DNA from: Podarcis melisellensis
Taxonomy: Eukaryota
Assembly (NCBI GenBank): GCA_964234715.1
Contig: OZ174280.1
Direction: 5' to 3' (one strand)
Length of the DNA: 64,000 bases
Shown here: positions 14,219 through 25,200 of the stretch, in pieces
Layout of the letters: each line of letters opens with the position of its first letter
How positions within the stretch are numbered: the first letter of the stretch is position 1
Made by a program: the position numbers and the translations under genes
Notes under the pieces: model-generated
What the model saw: only the letters and a program-made list of their open reading frames with translations
Database searches by the model: none
What the model was told of the DNA's origin: nothing

Positions 14219-15020
14219 TCTTTGCTCCTGTAAATGTAGATATGTAGACAACACACACCTGTGCCACAACTTAACTAATGTCATTCCAGGATGGCGGGCT
14301 CAGAAATAAGCTGTATGTCTCAGAAAAGGATTTTAGCACACTGTTTGTCTAGCCTTTCTTAAACCAATAACTTAAGGGCAAGGGCCAAGAATGGAGCGTT
14401 ATGAGTGCTGTGTTCCTGGTTTGTGTGGCCACTGGTCAGTGGCAAGGAGTTTTGAGCAGGGCTTCTGCTAAGGTGACACATCTTAAGATTTCACCCTTGG
14501 CATAAGAGGGCAAGTGGGTGTGGATGCACATTTGGGTTCTCTAGCAATTTCCTGTGCCCTTCCCTATTGCCTCTGGATGGTGCCGGCTTACCCATGATGA
14601 GGGGTGGAAATCATAAAGTGAGAACTAGCCATGCCCAGCTGAGAAGTACTGAGTCACTTTGAATGGAGAAACATATATGCTAGTTATAGGTAGTAGTTAG
14701 TAGTTAAATTGTATCCACAACTGTTTCTTTGCTGACTTGCTTAAGTATGGCAGAGTGGATTGTATGTGAAGGAGAAGAAAAGCAAGAATTGTAGTTAGTC
14801 AAGGATTTGTTATTCTGCTGAAAGGCAAGGATTTCTAAGGAGCCTGAGAGATCTAGTTGTATCTCCATGGGGATTTACGCACCTTACTGCTGCACGGTCA
14901 ACTTCTAAATCTCATGTCCAGGGGATTAAGGCGCAAGACAGAAAATATACAATCACAATGATACCATGAGTTCTGGTTGGTGACAAGTATGAGATGGAGC
15001 AATGATAGACAGATCCTGCA

Positions 15021-15033
15021 CTACTACTACTAC

Positions 15034-15065
<32 letters not shown>

Positions 15066-15093
15066 CTTCTTCTTCTTCTTCTTCTTCTTCTTC
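15021..15093. repeat. Compound (CTA)n(CTT)n microsatellite
   Basis: Read directly from the sequence. Confidence 0.97.
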
Positions 15094-15325
15094 AGCATCT
15101 CACATCCATCTTTGGATATACACCTCTCCAGTGTTCTCGGTTGGTTGTTTGCTTCCTGCACCCACATAAGGCCTACTGTTAATCTTAGATCATGCACTCA
15201 TCACATAGGTGGCTGTCTCCTTGGTCTTTTAAAATGGTAGGGTCCCACACAAGCATATTCCATTGGCCTGAGTCATCTCTTGCCACATATCCTGCACATG
15301 TCCATTTTAACTCTGCGGACATATG
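15036..15325 (-). mobile_element. RTE-clade LINE 3' fragment with (GAA)n tail
   Basis: Minus-strand translation LKWTCAGYVARDDSGQW...KRPRRQPPM resembles the RTE C-terminal LKWxWAGHVAR...KRPRGRPPxRW motif. It abuts the (TTC)n microsatellite. Confidence 0.65.
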
Positions 15326-15856
15326 CAGATATGCAGGACACCTGGCAAGCGTGTAGAGGGTGGAGTTCTCTTACATGTGAAGAAATGATCAACCCTGGAA
15401 GATAGTGCCACTTAAATTATTGGTAAAGCGAGCTGAGAAATAGCACAGAATTTGTTAATATAAAAGCAGCAGCAACACAAATGAATATGGATAGCTGACG
15501 CCGCAGTTGCAATACAGAATGGGGTCATCTAAAGTAACAGTGTTAAAAAAAAAACCTCTTGGAAAAATAGCTCATTTCTAAGTCCATTCCAAATTTTAAG
15601 CTTCAACATGGTCCTGCAGACATCAACAGGAATGAGACTGTGCTTGTAAGACAACACACGCACAGTTCCCAAAACATATTTGGCGGTGGCAGCAGCACTA
15701 CCACAACACGGGGAACTCTTGAGAAGGGCTGGTACTGTTCTCCTAATTATGCCTGAGGATGCTGCCACAACAATGTCCCAGATACAAGGACCAGGGAATT
15801 CTAAGCAATAGGCATTCATTTCCATACACACACACAAATCCAAGATCTGTCACTGC

Positions 15857-15995
15857 CAGGGCTTTTTTTCCAGCCAGAACTCACTGGAACTCAGTTTCAG
15901 CACCTCTCAGGTGGGCGCCATTGCCATTGTAAGTGAACAAGGGAGGTGTCCATGGTGAGTTCTGACACCTCTTTTTCTAGAAAAAATAGCTTTTG
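15857..15995. mobile_element. Short non-autonomous DNA transposon (hAT-like)
   Basis: CAGGGCTTTTTTT start and a degenerate AAAAAATAGC end. Ends are similar to the 52948 element. Confidence 0.5.
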
Positions 15996-16689
15996 AGTAG
16001 TAGTAGTGGTGGTGACCCGTGCTATCTTAGAAACTGCTTAAATAAGATTTGAAGAATGGGTGTTCATTGTTTATGAGGAGGGCTAGATTCTACTCTTTAG
16101 GACAAATCATGCCATTTTTGTACATGGCAGCCAAAGTAAAAAAAAACTACATTTAACACAGAAACAAAGATGCCTGTAACAAAGGTCTTAGGGCTGTTCA
16201 GCAACAGGAAAGTGTGCCAGATTTGCTGAATTCACTGGAACTTTGTTTGCTATACTAAAGGTGGATTCAATTTGTTTCTTAGCTTCTCCAGTCACTTTTT
16301 TAAAATGTAGGGCAGGGAGAAAAAAAATCCGTACCTAGCAGGATGCTGTGCATTGTCATTAATTAAAGTCTCTAGAGAGTACAAAGGCAAAAGCAAAAAA
16401 TGAGAGTATTCTTGCTAAATTAAATCAATATTGGCTGCATTCTCTTGTGACATAAATACAAAATAGGCATGCAGGCTTCCCATGGTCTCTGGAATTTGAG
16501 TGGCATAAATAATATGATGCCTTCCTAGAGCAGATTACCAATCATTCAAAAAGGTGAGATGTAGTAGTCTATGAGAGATTTTATTTTTGTAGGGGATGCC
16601 ATAGGGGATACTACCATTCCAGTAGTTTTGACCAATCAGTGGTCACTTCAGCAGCTGCTGGTTGCCCTTATTATTACTACTACTACAGG

Positions 16690-16920
16690 GAATCAGGTAG
16701 AGGGCCTTCTTGGTAGTGACACCCACCCTGCGGAATGCCCTCTCATCCGATATTAAGGAGATGAGTAATTATGTAACATTTAGGAAATATCTGAAGGCAA
16801 TCCTGTATAGGGAAGCATTTAAGGTTTAAGGATGTATTATATTTTTATATATGCTGGAAGCTGGGTCAATCCAGTCAGATGGGCAAGGTGCAAATTCTTA
16901 TAATTAATAATTATTAATTT
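16690..16920 (+). mobile_element. L2/CR1-group LINE 3' end
   Basis: AGGGCCTTCTTGGTAGTG..CCCACCCTGCGGAATGCCCTC...ATCTGAAGGCA followed by an (AAT)-like tail. Recognised from memory as a common lizard LINE terminus. Confidence 0.6.
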
Positions 16921-17224
16921 TTATATTCCACCCAGCTTTGCGCCAATATGGTGGCATCTTGTTTTGTTGATCTTGTTTTGTTCATGCTCCAAGCGGCCAG
17001 CTCCCGGAATTTATCTTCCCTTTGGTCAGACACCGCCAGCCCTAGTTCTTGCCACTGTCATCTCACAACATTTGCTATTTTACAAAATTCGCTATTTTAT
17101 TCTTAAGGATTTTCTTATATGTTACTCTAATCCTACTCATATCCCCCTTATTAATTACAGAGCGTCCCCCCCTCCAAAAACAAAATCCTAATAGCTCTTA
17201 AAAGGTCTTTCTTTGCCTCCTCCT

Positions 17225-17225
<1 letters not shown>

Positions 17226-17265
<40 letters not shown>
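17226..17265. repeat. (CA)n microsatellite
   Basis: Read directly from the sequence. Confidence 0.97.
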
Positions 17266-17269
<4 letters not shown>

Positions 17270-17303
17270 TTGTGCCTTGGTCAGACCACACCAGGAGTAC
17301 TGT

Positions 17304-17442
17304 GTGGACTCTCCTTCCTTGGAAGTTTTTAAGTAGAGGTTGGATGGTCATATATCATGTATGATTTAGTTGCAATTCCTATATTGCCAGGGGTTGGACC
17401 AGCTGATCCTCAGGGTCCCTTCCAACTCTACAATTCTATGAA
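17304..17442 (+). mobile_element. CR1 LINE 3' end
   Basis: TGGACTCTCCTTCCTTGGAAGTTTTTAAG...GGTCCCTTCCAACTCTACAATTCTATGA is a typical CR1 terminus. Confidence 0.8.
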
Positions 17443-18398
17443 ATGTAGAAGCTCCACTGCTATTGTAAAGAGCCCCATTGAATCGCTGGCTAGAAAAGGA
17501 ATTTCCCAGAGACATTCCTGCAAGAAGTCTAGAAGCACAATACAGTACAGTGAACTTGTAAGCTTATTGCAGGCAAACAGGAACTCATATGGAGCGAGGA
17601 AGTATGTGTGCAATAATTGAAAATAGCTTTTGTTTTAGTGTGGTGATAAAGCAGTATTTCTCAGATGGTACCGAGGACCAGGATCTTACTAATGGCTTGC
17701 TAGGCTGATACTATTATAAACTTGGCAAATGGTGCATGTGGAAGCTACTAGTGTACTGTAGCATTTGCTTTGGCTGCAATTAATTGATAACTAGATTCCT
17801 GCTGACACTTACTTTTTTCCAGAAGAGAACTGGCAGAAGATATGCAACTAGCATTTCATTTTCTCATTATAAAGGAGCACACTTTTAAAAAAAATAATCT
17901 ACCTCTTGATACCAAGCACATTTGAATGTGAAGAAAAAGAACTTGGGAGGAGGCAGGGGGCAGGGATCTGAGTTCTGAGTTAAAACAAATGTTGCTAATG
18001 GAGAAGGCAAGGGAAAAGAGTATGGCAGTGCATGGTGGAACACCGGAAACCTGCCTTCACATATTGCTGAAAAGGAGGATATGCATCACCACATCCAAAG
18101 CTAGTCCAACTCAGAGTAGACTCACTGAAGGGAACAGGCTTGACTAACTTAGGCTCATTAATTTCAGTGAGTCATCTCTGAGTGGCCTTAGTTGAATACT
18201 ACTCTTAGACTGGACACATCTTCAAACAGAGGGCTGTCTTCCGATAGCCTTTCAAACAGAAGACTGTAAAATTAGGAACATGGTCAGCTTCTGCCTTGCT
18301 CTGCATAATCTGTAAGTGGTACATGTGTGTATACAGGGCTGTACCCAGCAGTGTTAGAATAGAACCACTAAAATCACTGTAACGAACTTATACTAGTT

Positions 18399-18553
18399 AC
18401 AGGTAGGTAGGCGTGTTGGTCTGCTGTAGTCGAAACAAAATAAAAAAATTCCTTCCAGTAGCACCTTAGAGAGTATCTGAAGAGGTTTGCATGCACACAA
18501 AAGCTCATACCAATAACTAACTTAGTTGGTCTCTAAGGTGCTACTGGAAGGAA
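18399..18553 (+). mobile_element. Penelope-like element terminal remnant with inverted repeat and degenerate hammerhead motif
   Basis: Perfect 24-bp inverted repeat (18449-18472 / 18530-18553) encloses CTGAAGA...AAAAGCTC. Flanking 15-bp near-direct repeat GAACTTA(T/A)ACTAGTT at 18384-18398 and 18551-18565. Confidence 0.72.
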
Positions 18554-19162
18554 CTTAAACTAGTTGCTTTCATTTATTTCAGTGGGTTTGCTCTGAGCAT
18601 GACTTAGTTGGATTCAACCCATAAAGTCCAGCCCAATAATATGCAATAGTTATCCCACACAATTGGGTGGGAAAGATCAGGGATGTGTGGATGTTAGGTC
18701 AATTTTGTGGAGGCAAGGCCAACCAAGGAGGAAGCAAATGGATGAGATCCAACATGTTTAGCACATTCATTGTGCCATACGCACACATAGGATTTGACAT
18801 CAAGGTTGGGTGTGAAGTTAAAAATGCATTCAGTTTGAAGACTAGCAACATGGCAGCTCTAGAGAAGACATTCTCAGAATTTCTATTCAGGTAATAGAAA
18901 TAAATCTTATTTTAAATTTAGCAGTATGCACCATACATGCATCTGTTTGTATCTATATTATCCTTTAATCTGAGCAGTCCACACACCCGCACACACACAC
19001 ACGGTGTATTAATACTTTTTGTTTAGAAGCCACACTCACAAACATGAAACATGGCAGAACATCTCAAAAAACCCAGGTGATATACAGATTTTTGCAATTA
19101 ATCTATGCCCCGGGGTCATTCAAAGTGTTCATTGCCCTGTCTTATTTGTACTTCAGACAGAT

Positions 19163-19166
<4 letters not shown>

Positions 19167-19201
<35 letters not shown>
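19167..19201. repeat. (AC)n microsatellite
   Basis: Read directly from the sequence. Confidence 0.97.
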
Positions 19202-19204
<3 letters not shown>

Positions 19205-20339
19205 ACCAAGTCAGTTGCCAAGCTAAATCTCCAATCTGACATGGTTGCTATCAACTTTACTCTCTTCAGATCATTTCTGTAGACTGTTCATAGTTTTTAA
19301 GCCCTTCAATGCCTCCATTGCCTTTCAGCTTAGTATTGCCCTTTCTGTTGCACCTAAGTTTTGCAAGTATAACTAATAGGAATTTAACATTTACCAAAGA
19401 ATTATTTCAACTATAGGTTTAATAGCATTTTTATGGTTCTCTGAACAGCCAAGAGTTTAGCTATCAGTTCCATCTGCTTCGCTTCCTTCCAATTTGCTTA
19501 TATGTAAGAGAAAGGAATAAGGACAAACTTAAAGAAGGAAAATAAATTGTGGTGCTCCCATTTAAATATGTTTCCCATTTAAACACTTTTCTCCTTGTAA
19601 TTTTTTTGTTTCTCTGTACAAGCACCATAAATCATAACCATTGTCCATTTCTGTTTAAATAACCAAACTAAGAAGTTGAAAGCAGTGAACTGGGGGGGGG
19701 CACAGAGTTGATTTCTTCTGTGCTCTTATTGAAATGTAAAGCATAGGAGACATTTTCAGCTCCTGTTTTGCATGCAGATTCCTCTCCTCCTCCTCCCCCC
19801 CCAAAACCCCCCAACCTGGGCTGAACTTCCACCCTGACACTAGTGAAACCCCATTGAAATTTATGAGCGCATCACATGGGTGGCACAAGGGTTATACATG
19901 CATCAGAGGTGAGGCATTTTTGCAACGTTTCCAGCAGCACCAAAAGCTACCCTTTTAGCACTTTGAGAGGACAACATAAAAGGGAGTGTAAAAATGCTTG
20001 CCCATACAGAGCGAGGGCAATGAATGATACAACTGGTTGGAATTCTTCACATGCCTAATGCAGCAAGCTCTGTTAGTTGGCTTTGTTTCCTTTAAGTGAT
20101 GTCATCACACAGTCAAATCGGATTGGCTACATTGCACCTGGATGTCATCACACTTACTACATGACTTTTGACTGATAGCTATCTCTTAAGAAAGTGACGA
20201 AAACCCTAAACAGGAAAAAAATACGCTGAAATAGTATCAGACAGAGGAAAGCTATTTTCAGCCTCAATGGTGAAATGCAGAAATGTACACCACAGCCTTA
20301 ATAAATATTGTGGTCCTGTTTTGTAGCCCATAGTCAGTA

Positions 20340-20473
20340 CATGTGTAGTCACTGTGGTACTTTCCAGATGTTGCTGGACTACAACTCCCATCATTCCTAA
20401 TAATTGGAGATGCTGGGGCTGATGGGAATTCTAGTCCAACAACACATGTAGGGTATCACATTGGCTATCCCTG
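20340..20473. repeat. Short palindromic squamate repeat (MITE-like)
   Basis: GGACTACAACTCCCATCA...TGATGGGAATTCTAGTCC self-complementary core. Related decayed copies at about 26572-26705, 35975-36048, 37960-38052 and 43862-43920. Confidence 0.65.
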
Positions 20474-22789
20474 TCCACTGCTACCAGAAATGGTTACTGC
20501 TTCCTCTTCCAGCATCTTCAGGAGAATACATGCTATTGGGTTGGATCCAGCCCAGGTTTGACCAGCTTAGGTCCTATTGAAATTAATTGGACATCCATTA
20601 GTCGTAACTAATATTTCATATTACTTTCAATCGAACCTAAGTGCTATCAACTTGTTCTGGATCCAATCCACAGATTTCACTGTGGGCCATATAAATAAAA
20701 TTAACATATTGTTTGAATTAACATAATCAAATTACACTTTTAAATTCTCCTCTTAAAAAGTACAATTAGCTACAGAAGGGTTCATCTCAACACAGTTCAG
20801 TAGAAAAAAATGTTTTCCCTGCAGTCATTAATGAACTCCAAGGTCATTAAAAAAAAACCTCAACCATGTTATTTAATTACCAATTTGCAAACATGCCCAT
20901 AAAGAGCTGCTGCAACCTAACTAGCATGGTTTCATTTTAGCTGCAAATACGTCGGTTACCAGGACACATCTTGACATTAAAGAGGGTGATATTCAATGCT
21001 GACGTGTTGTCTTCTTAAGCTTGATCATTTATAAATTAGAAAAACAGTGCTCCACACAATACATTAAAGAACTCTGCTTTGTCTTCTACTTAAGAAATGC
21101 AGCTAACTAGAAATCACAATCACCGAGTCTCTCTGGTAAATTAGGATGATTTGACAAGAGTGATTTCTTAGATAAAAAGCTGGTGTTTTGAGTACAATCC
21201 CTGGCAGAGACAGGAACTCTTATCCCCATTCCCATGATAAGGCTGTCTTTTTATGCTTTCCTAACATGCCTCAATAGCTCCACAACATAATCTTCAACAA
21301 ATTTCTTTATATCCAAGCTTGGGCACTCTAAAGGATCGTGGAATTTATAATGAAACAGTATTTCAATTATAATGAAATAGTATTCAATTAATCATTCTTG
21401 TGCCAATTAATTTAGCTTCTGCAGTGATGATTTTCAAGAAGCTTGCTAGCCCTGCTTCTAACTTCCCAACCACAGTCATTCTTGGCCAGGGTCACAGAAA
21501 GTGAAATGTAACATCAGAAGGTGGCAGAGAATGAGTGCAATGGAACTCAGGGAAAGGTAGGGCTTCTCTTCTTTGAGAGATCTAACATCAGCAAAGGAGG
21601 AAGGAGAGGAAGTTACATCCAAGCAGGGCAAGATTTTCCACATTAATACACAGGTGTTATGCTAACATTTTCCATGTTTGCCTGTTCAAACCAGCTTGTG
21701 CTACTTTTAGCACAGCAGGGTCAGCCATGCTTATGGAAATCAAACTGCAGTCTCAGCTTTTCTGTACCTCATCACCAAAGATAATCACTGCTATCTACAA
21801 CTTATTTTCTGCTCTGGTTGGCTGATGGCAATGATGTATGAAGCAAGAGTGATATAGCTCCATCTGCATAAGACAAGTTGATCCTGCAGAGATATAAAGA
21901 GCACCAACCCACCCCCCCTCCATTCCCCAAAAAGGGAAATAAAAAGGAAGGATGACTTTTAGCAGGGAGCTGAGGAAGTGGGAGATGTAAATCACGGAGG
22001 GAATGCATAATCAAGGACAGCACAGTCTTTTTTGAATAGTGACTGGCATTTTCTCACAGGGGCTAAAATTGCTTTTGACAGCTTAGACCAGGATTCAGAA
22101 GAGGTTGACGACAGAACACATTTAACACTTGCCATTGGATATAAAAGCTAATAGAAACTTCTGGCAAACCTTTGGAATATTATAGAATAGTATGAATAAA
22201 CAGAAAAGGTGCACATTAATGAGGTTATACAATATACAGCCCTAAAAGAGGGGGGAGAAAACAGGTATATAGACATAGTCTTTGATTCTATGGTTATTTT
22301 ACTTGGAGTTCTTGGAAGGAAAGCTTGCTATTGCCTCCTCCATCCTGCAGCCACCTGCACCCCTCATAAAACCTCAAGAGTATAGAAGGGCCCCCAGAAC
22401 AGCATGTGATGGGGAACAAAAGACTGGTGGGGAAATGGGGGGTTCAACCCCAGATCAGGCAGAAAGCTACCCAATTTAGCCTGGTTCTCTTCTCACCCAA
22501 CAGCTCCCTTATGTCCCATCCCACATTCCCAGATACTCTGGCAAATGTGACACAAATGCTGCAGGGAGATTGAGGGGATGGGAAATGTTCCTCTCATGAA
22601 CTTTCTGATACTAAATTACTTCAGGATCCAAGCCATATCCTAACAGAAACTTCTGAGAAACCTTGAAAAGATGATATAACAGTGTGGTTGAGCAAAGAAG
22701 GTATTTTTTTGAGCTGCTGTTATTCCAAGTCTTTGCTTACCTTAGATTCCCAGGTCGTGGTAGAGCGAAAACAAAAGCTAAAGCATCAC

Positions 22790-22798
22790 AAAGGATAC
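22790..22798 (-). other. AGBL4: U12-type (minor spliceosome) 5' splice site GTATCCTTT
   Basis: Exact match to the U11-recognised consensus RTATCCTTT, at the point where the expected Tyr codon (T|AY of YMKLGRN) is split. Confidence 0.88.
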
Positions 22799-22961
22799 AT
22801 GTTTCTTCTGTGTACGGGACTGTAGAAGTAGTCCCTCCAACTATGTAACTGTAGAAGGAGACTTCCAGGGTGTAGCAGTAAGAGGTGTCATCAAGTAGCC
22901 CGCCAAGGAACCGACGGCCTGTTCCTGCCTTAACAGCATCTCGGTTGAAGGAGGTGCTTGA
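22799..22961 (-). CDS. AGBL4: AGBL4/CCP6 next coding exon (catalytic Glu in YTLEVS)
   Basis: Manual translation gives SSTSFNRDAVKAGTGRRFLGGLLDDTSYCYTLEVSFYSYIVGGTTSTVPYTEET plus 1 nt (163 nt). It continues the upstream exon in frame. Acceptor is ttctctttcttacag and donor is GTATCCTTT. Confidence 0.96.
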
Positions 22962-23963
22962 CTGTAAGAAAGAGAAGGTGAGAAATCAACTGGAGCATAT
23001 GCACGTTACCTCAGTAGAATGAAGAAGCTGCTGTTTGTAAGTTTCCCATAATATGGCAGCTATCAACTAGAGGGCGGAAGCTTTGCCTTGAGAATTCAGC
23101 ACTTGAGGAAAGGGTTAAGTTCCTCTACCCCAGCACTTCAGTCTCAATCCAAACCGAATGATGCAGTCTGCCTCTGGATACCAGTTGCTGGGGAGAAAAT
23201 TACTGTGGGCTCCTGCCTTGCTTGGTTGGCTACTGTGAAAACAGGATACAAATCTAAATGGGCCTTTGGTTTGATCCAGAAGGGCTCTACTTACATCTAA
23301 ATCTCTCCCCTGCCCCAAACATCTGCTCTTCCCTAAATTTTAAAAGAAACAGGAGATGTAATCAGAGATCTCTGTCATCTTATCTAGTTAGGTCTGGTTC
23401 TAAAGAAAGAATTCACTAAAACACAGTCTATTCAAAACACAATTTTATTCACACGTTCACATATATAGGTGTTCCCATAGTTCTTGGAATGTTCAGATCC
23501 CCTCACCCCAATGTACCTATATGTAGACAGGAAGTTCAAGCACACCACACTGGTCAAAAGGTTGAATTGTACCCTGGGATACTGCAAGTTCACATCTCAC
23601 TTCTGCTTTAATGCTCAGCATCACCATATAAATTTTAAATAAATTTTATTTTCTCTATGCAGAGAAGAACTCTGGGGGGCTGTTTCTGTAGATGTTCCTA
23701 CGCATCTGGCTCTCTGGATGGGCTTCACTACCCTGAGAGATTGCAAAGATAATTTTTTTATCCCTGTCCCAGTGCTGCCAGAATCTTCTTTCCCACCCCA
23801 CTCCTCTCTCATTTTCATGCAGTGCTCTGTGTTCTGCAGGGTGGGACAACATCTTATTTTACAGCTAGAACTATTTCCACTGAGTAGCCATTTTAATTTA
23901 CTGCAGCAGCAAAGTCTCTTTGTTGGTCAACAAATGTGTGCAACATCTAACCCTTCTTTTCTG

Positions 23964-25108
23964 TTTTTTTTTTAATAATAATTTTTATTGATTTTCCAAT
24001 TTTTACAACAAAACCACACCAAACAAAACACACAACAACAGACACAGACAAAACATACATTTTGCTTTCTTAACCTCATTTTCATAAGCCTCTTTTCTCA
24101 GACTTCCCCATACCTTCCCCTTTTTGCATCCTAGTTTTCCAGTTTTTCAGCAACCCTTTTAATCAATCAAAATTTAACTTATTCTCATTTCAATTTCACT
24201 TTAAATCAAAAAAGAAAAAAAAGATAAATATAGCTGTAATTATACATCTTCCTCTCCCTTAACACTTTAACATTCCTCAAATTTATAGCAATTTTTAAGA
24301 TATGCTTTAAATTTCTTCCAGTCCTCCTCCACAGTCTCTTTCTCTTGGTCGCGGATTCTGCCGGTCATTTCTGCCAGTCCCATGTAGTCAATCACTTTCG
24401 CCTGCCATTCTTCCAGCGTGGGTAGCTCTTGTGTCTTCCAATACTTTGCTAGAAGAATCCTTGCTGCCGTTGTGGCGTACATAAAAAAGATCTTATCCCT
24501 CCTTGGCACCAGTTGGCCAACCATGCCCAAGAGAAAAGCCTCTGGTTTCTTATGAAAAGTACATTTGAGTACTTTCTTAATTTCATTATAGATCATTTCC
24601 CAGAAGGTCTTAATCTTTGGGCAGGTCCACCAAAGGTGAAAGAAGGTACCTTCGGTCTCATTACATTTCCAGCATTTGTTATTGGGCAAATGATAAATCT
24701 TCGCGAGCTTGACTGGGGTCATGTACCATCTGTAGATCATTTTCATAATGTTTTCTCTTAAGGCATTACAAGCCGTAAATTTAATACCTGTGGTCCACAA
24801 CTGTTCCCAGTCAGCAAACATAGTATCATGGCCTAAGTCCTGTGCCCATCTAATCATAGCTGATTTAACTGTCTCATCAATTGTATTCCACTTCAACAGC
24901 AAGTTATACATTCTTGATAAGTTCTTAGTATTGGGTTCTAGCAGTTCAGTTTCTAATTTCAATTTTTCCACCTGGAATCCGAGTTTCCTGTCTTGTTTAA
25001 AAGTCTCCATTATTTGAAAATAATGGAGCCAATCTCGTACCTTGGACTTTATTTTCTCAAAACTCTGTAATTTAAATTCACCACTTTCAAATTCTAATAT
25101 CTCGGAAT
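23964..25108 (-). mobile_element. 5'-truncated L1-clade LINE (ORF2 C-terminus, 3'UTR, poly-A tail), young insertion
   Basis: Frame is open from the 5' edge to the stop at 24267 and includes the Cys/His knuckle CWKCNETEGTFFHLWWTC. AATAAA and A-tail lie at about 23964-23990. Perfect 19-bp TSD ATCTAACCCTTCTTTTCTG at 23945-23963 and 25109-25127. Confidence 0.92.
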
Positions 25109-25200
25109 ATCTAACCCTTCTTTTCTGCGCTCAACCTTGGGCAATTCAGTGTTCTGTCACAAAATCCAGAATGAATTTGTATCCTACCGTGAAAGTGTAA

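Noticed and set aside
13960-14256. GC-rich ORF as the normal last exon of AGBL4
   Set aside because: It lies almost wholly within an element with LTR termini and a 5-bp TSD, has no clear AGBL4 similarity, and the intervening exon is missing. Kept only as a speculative cryptic exon.
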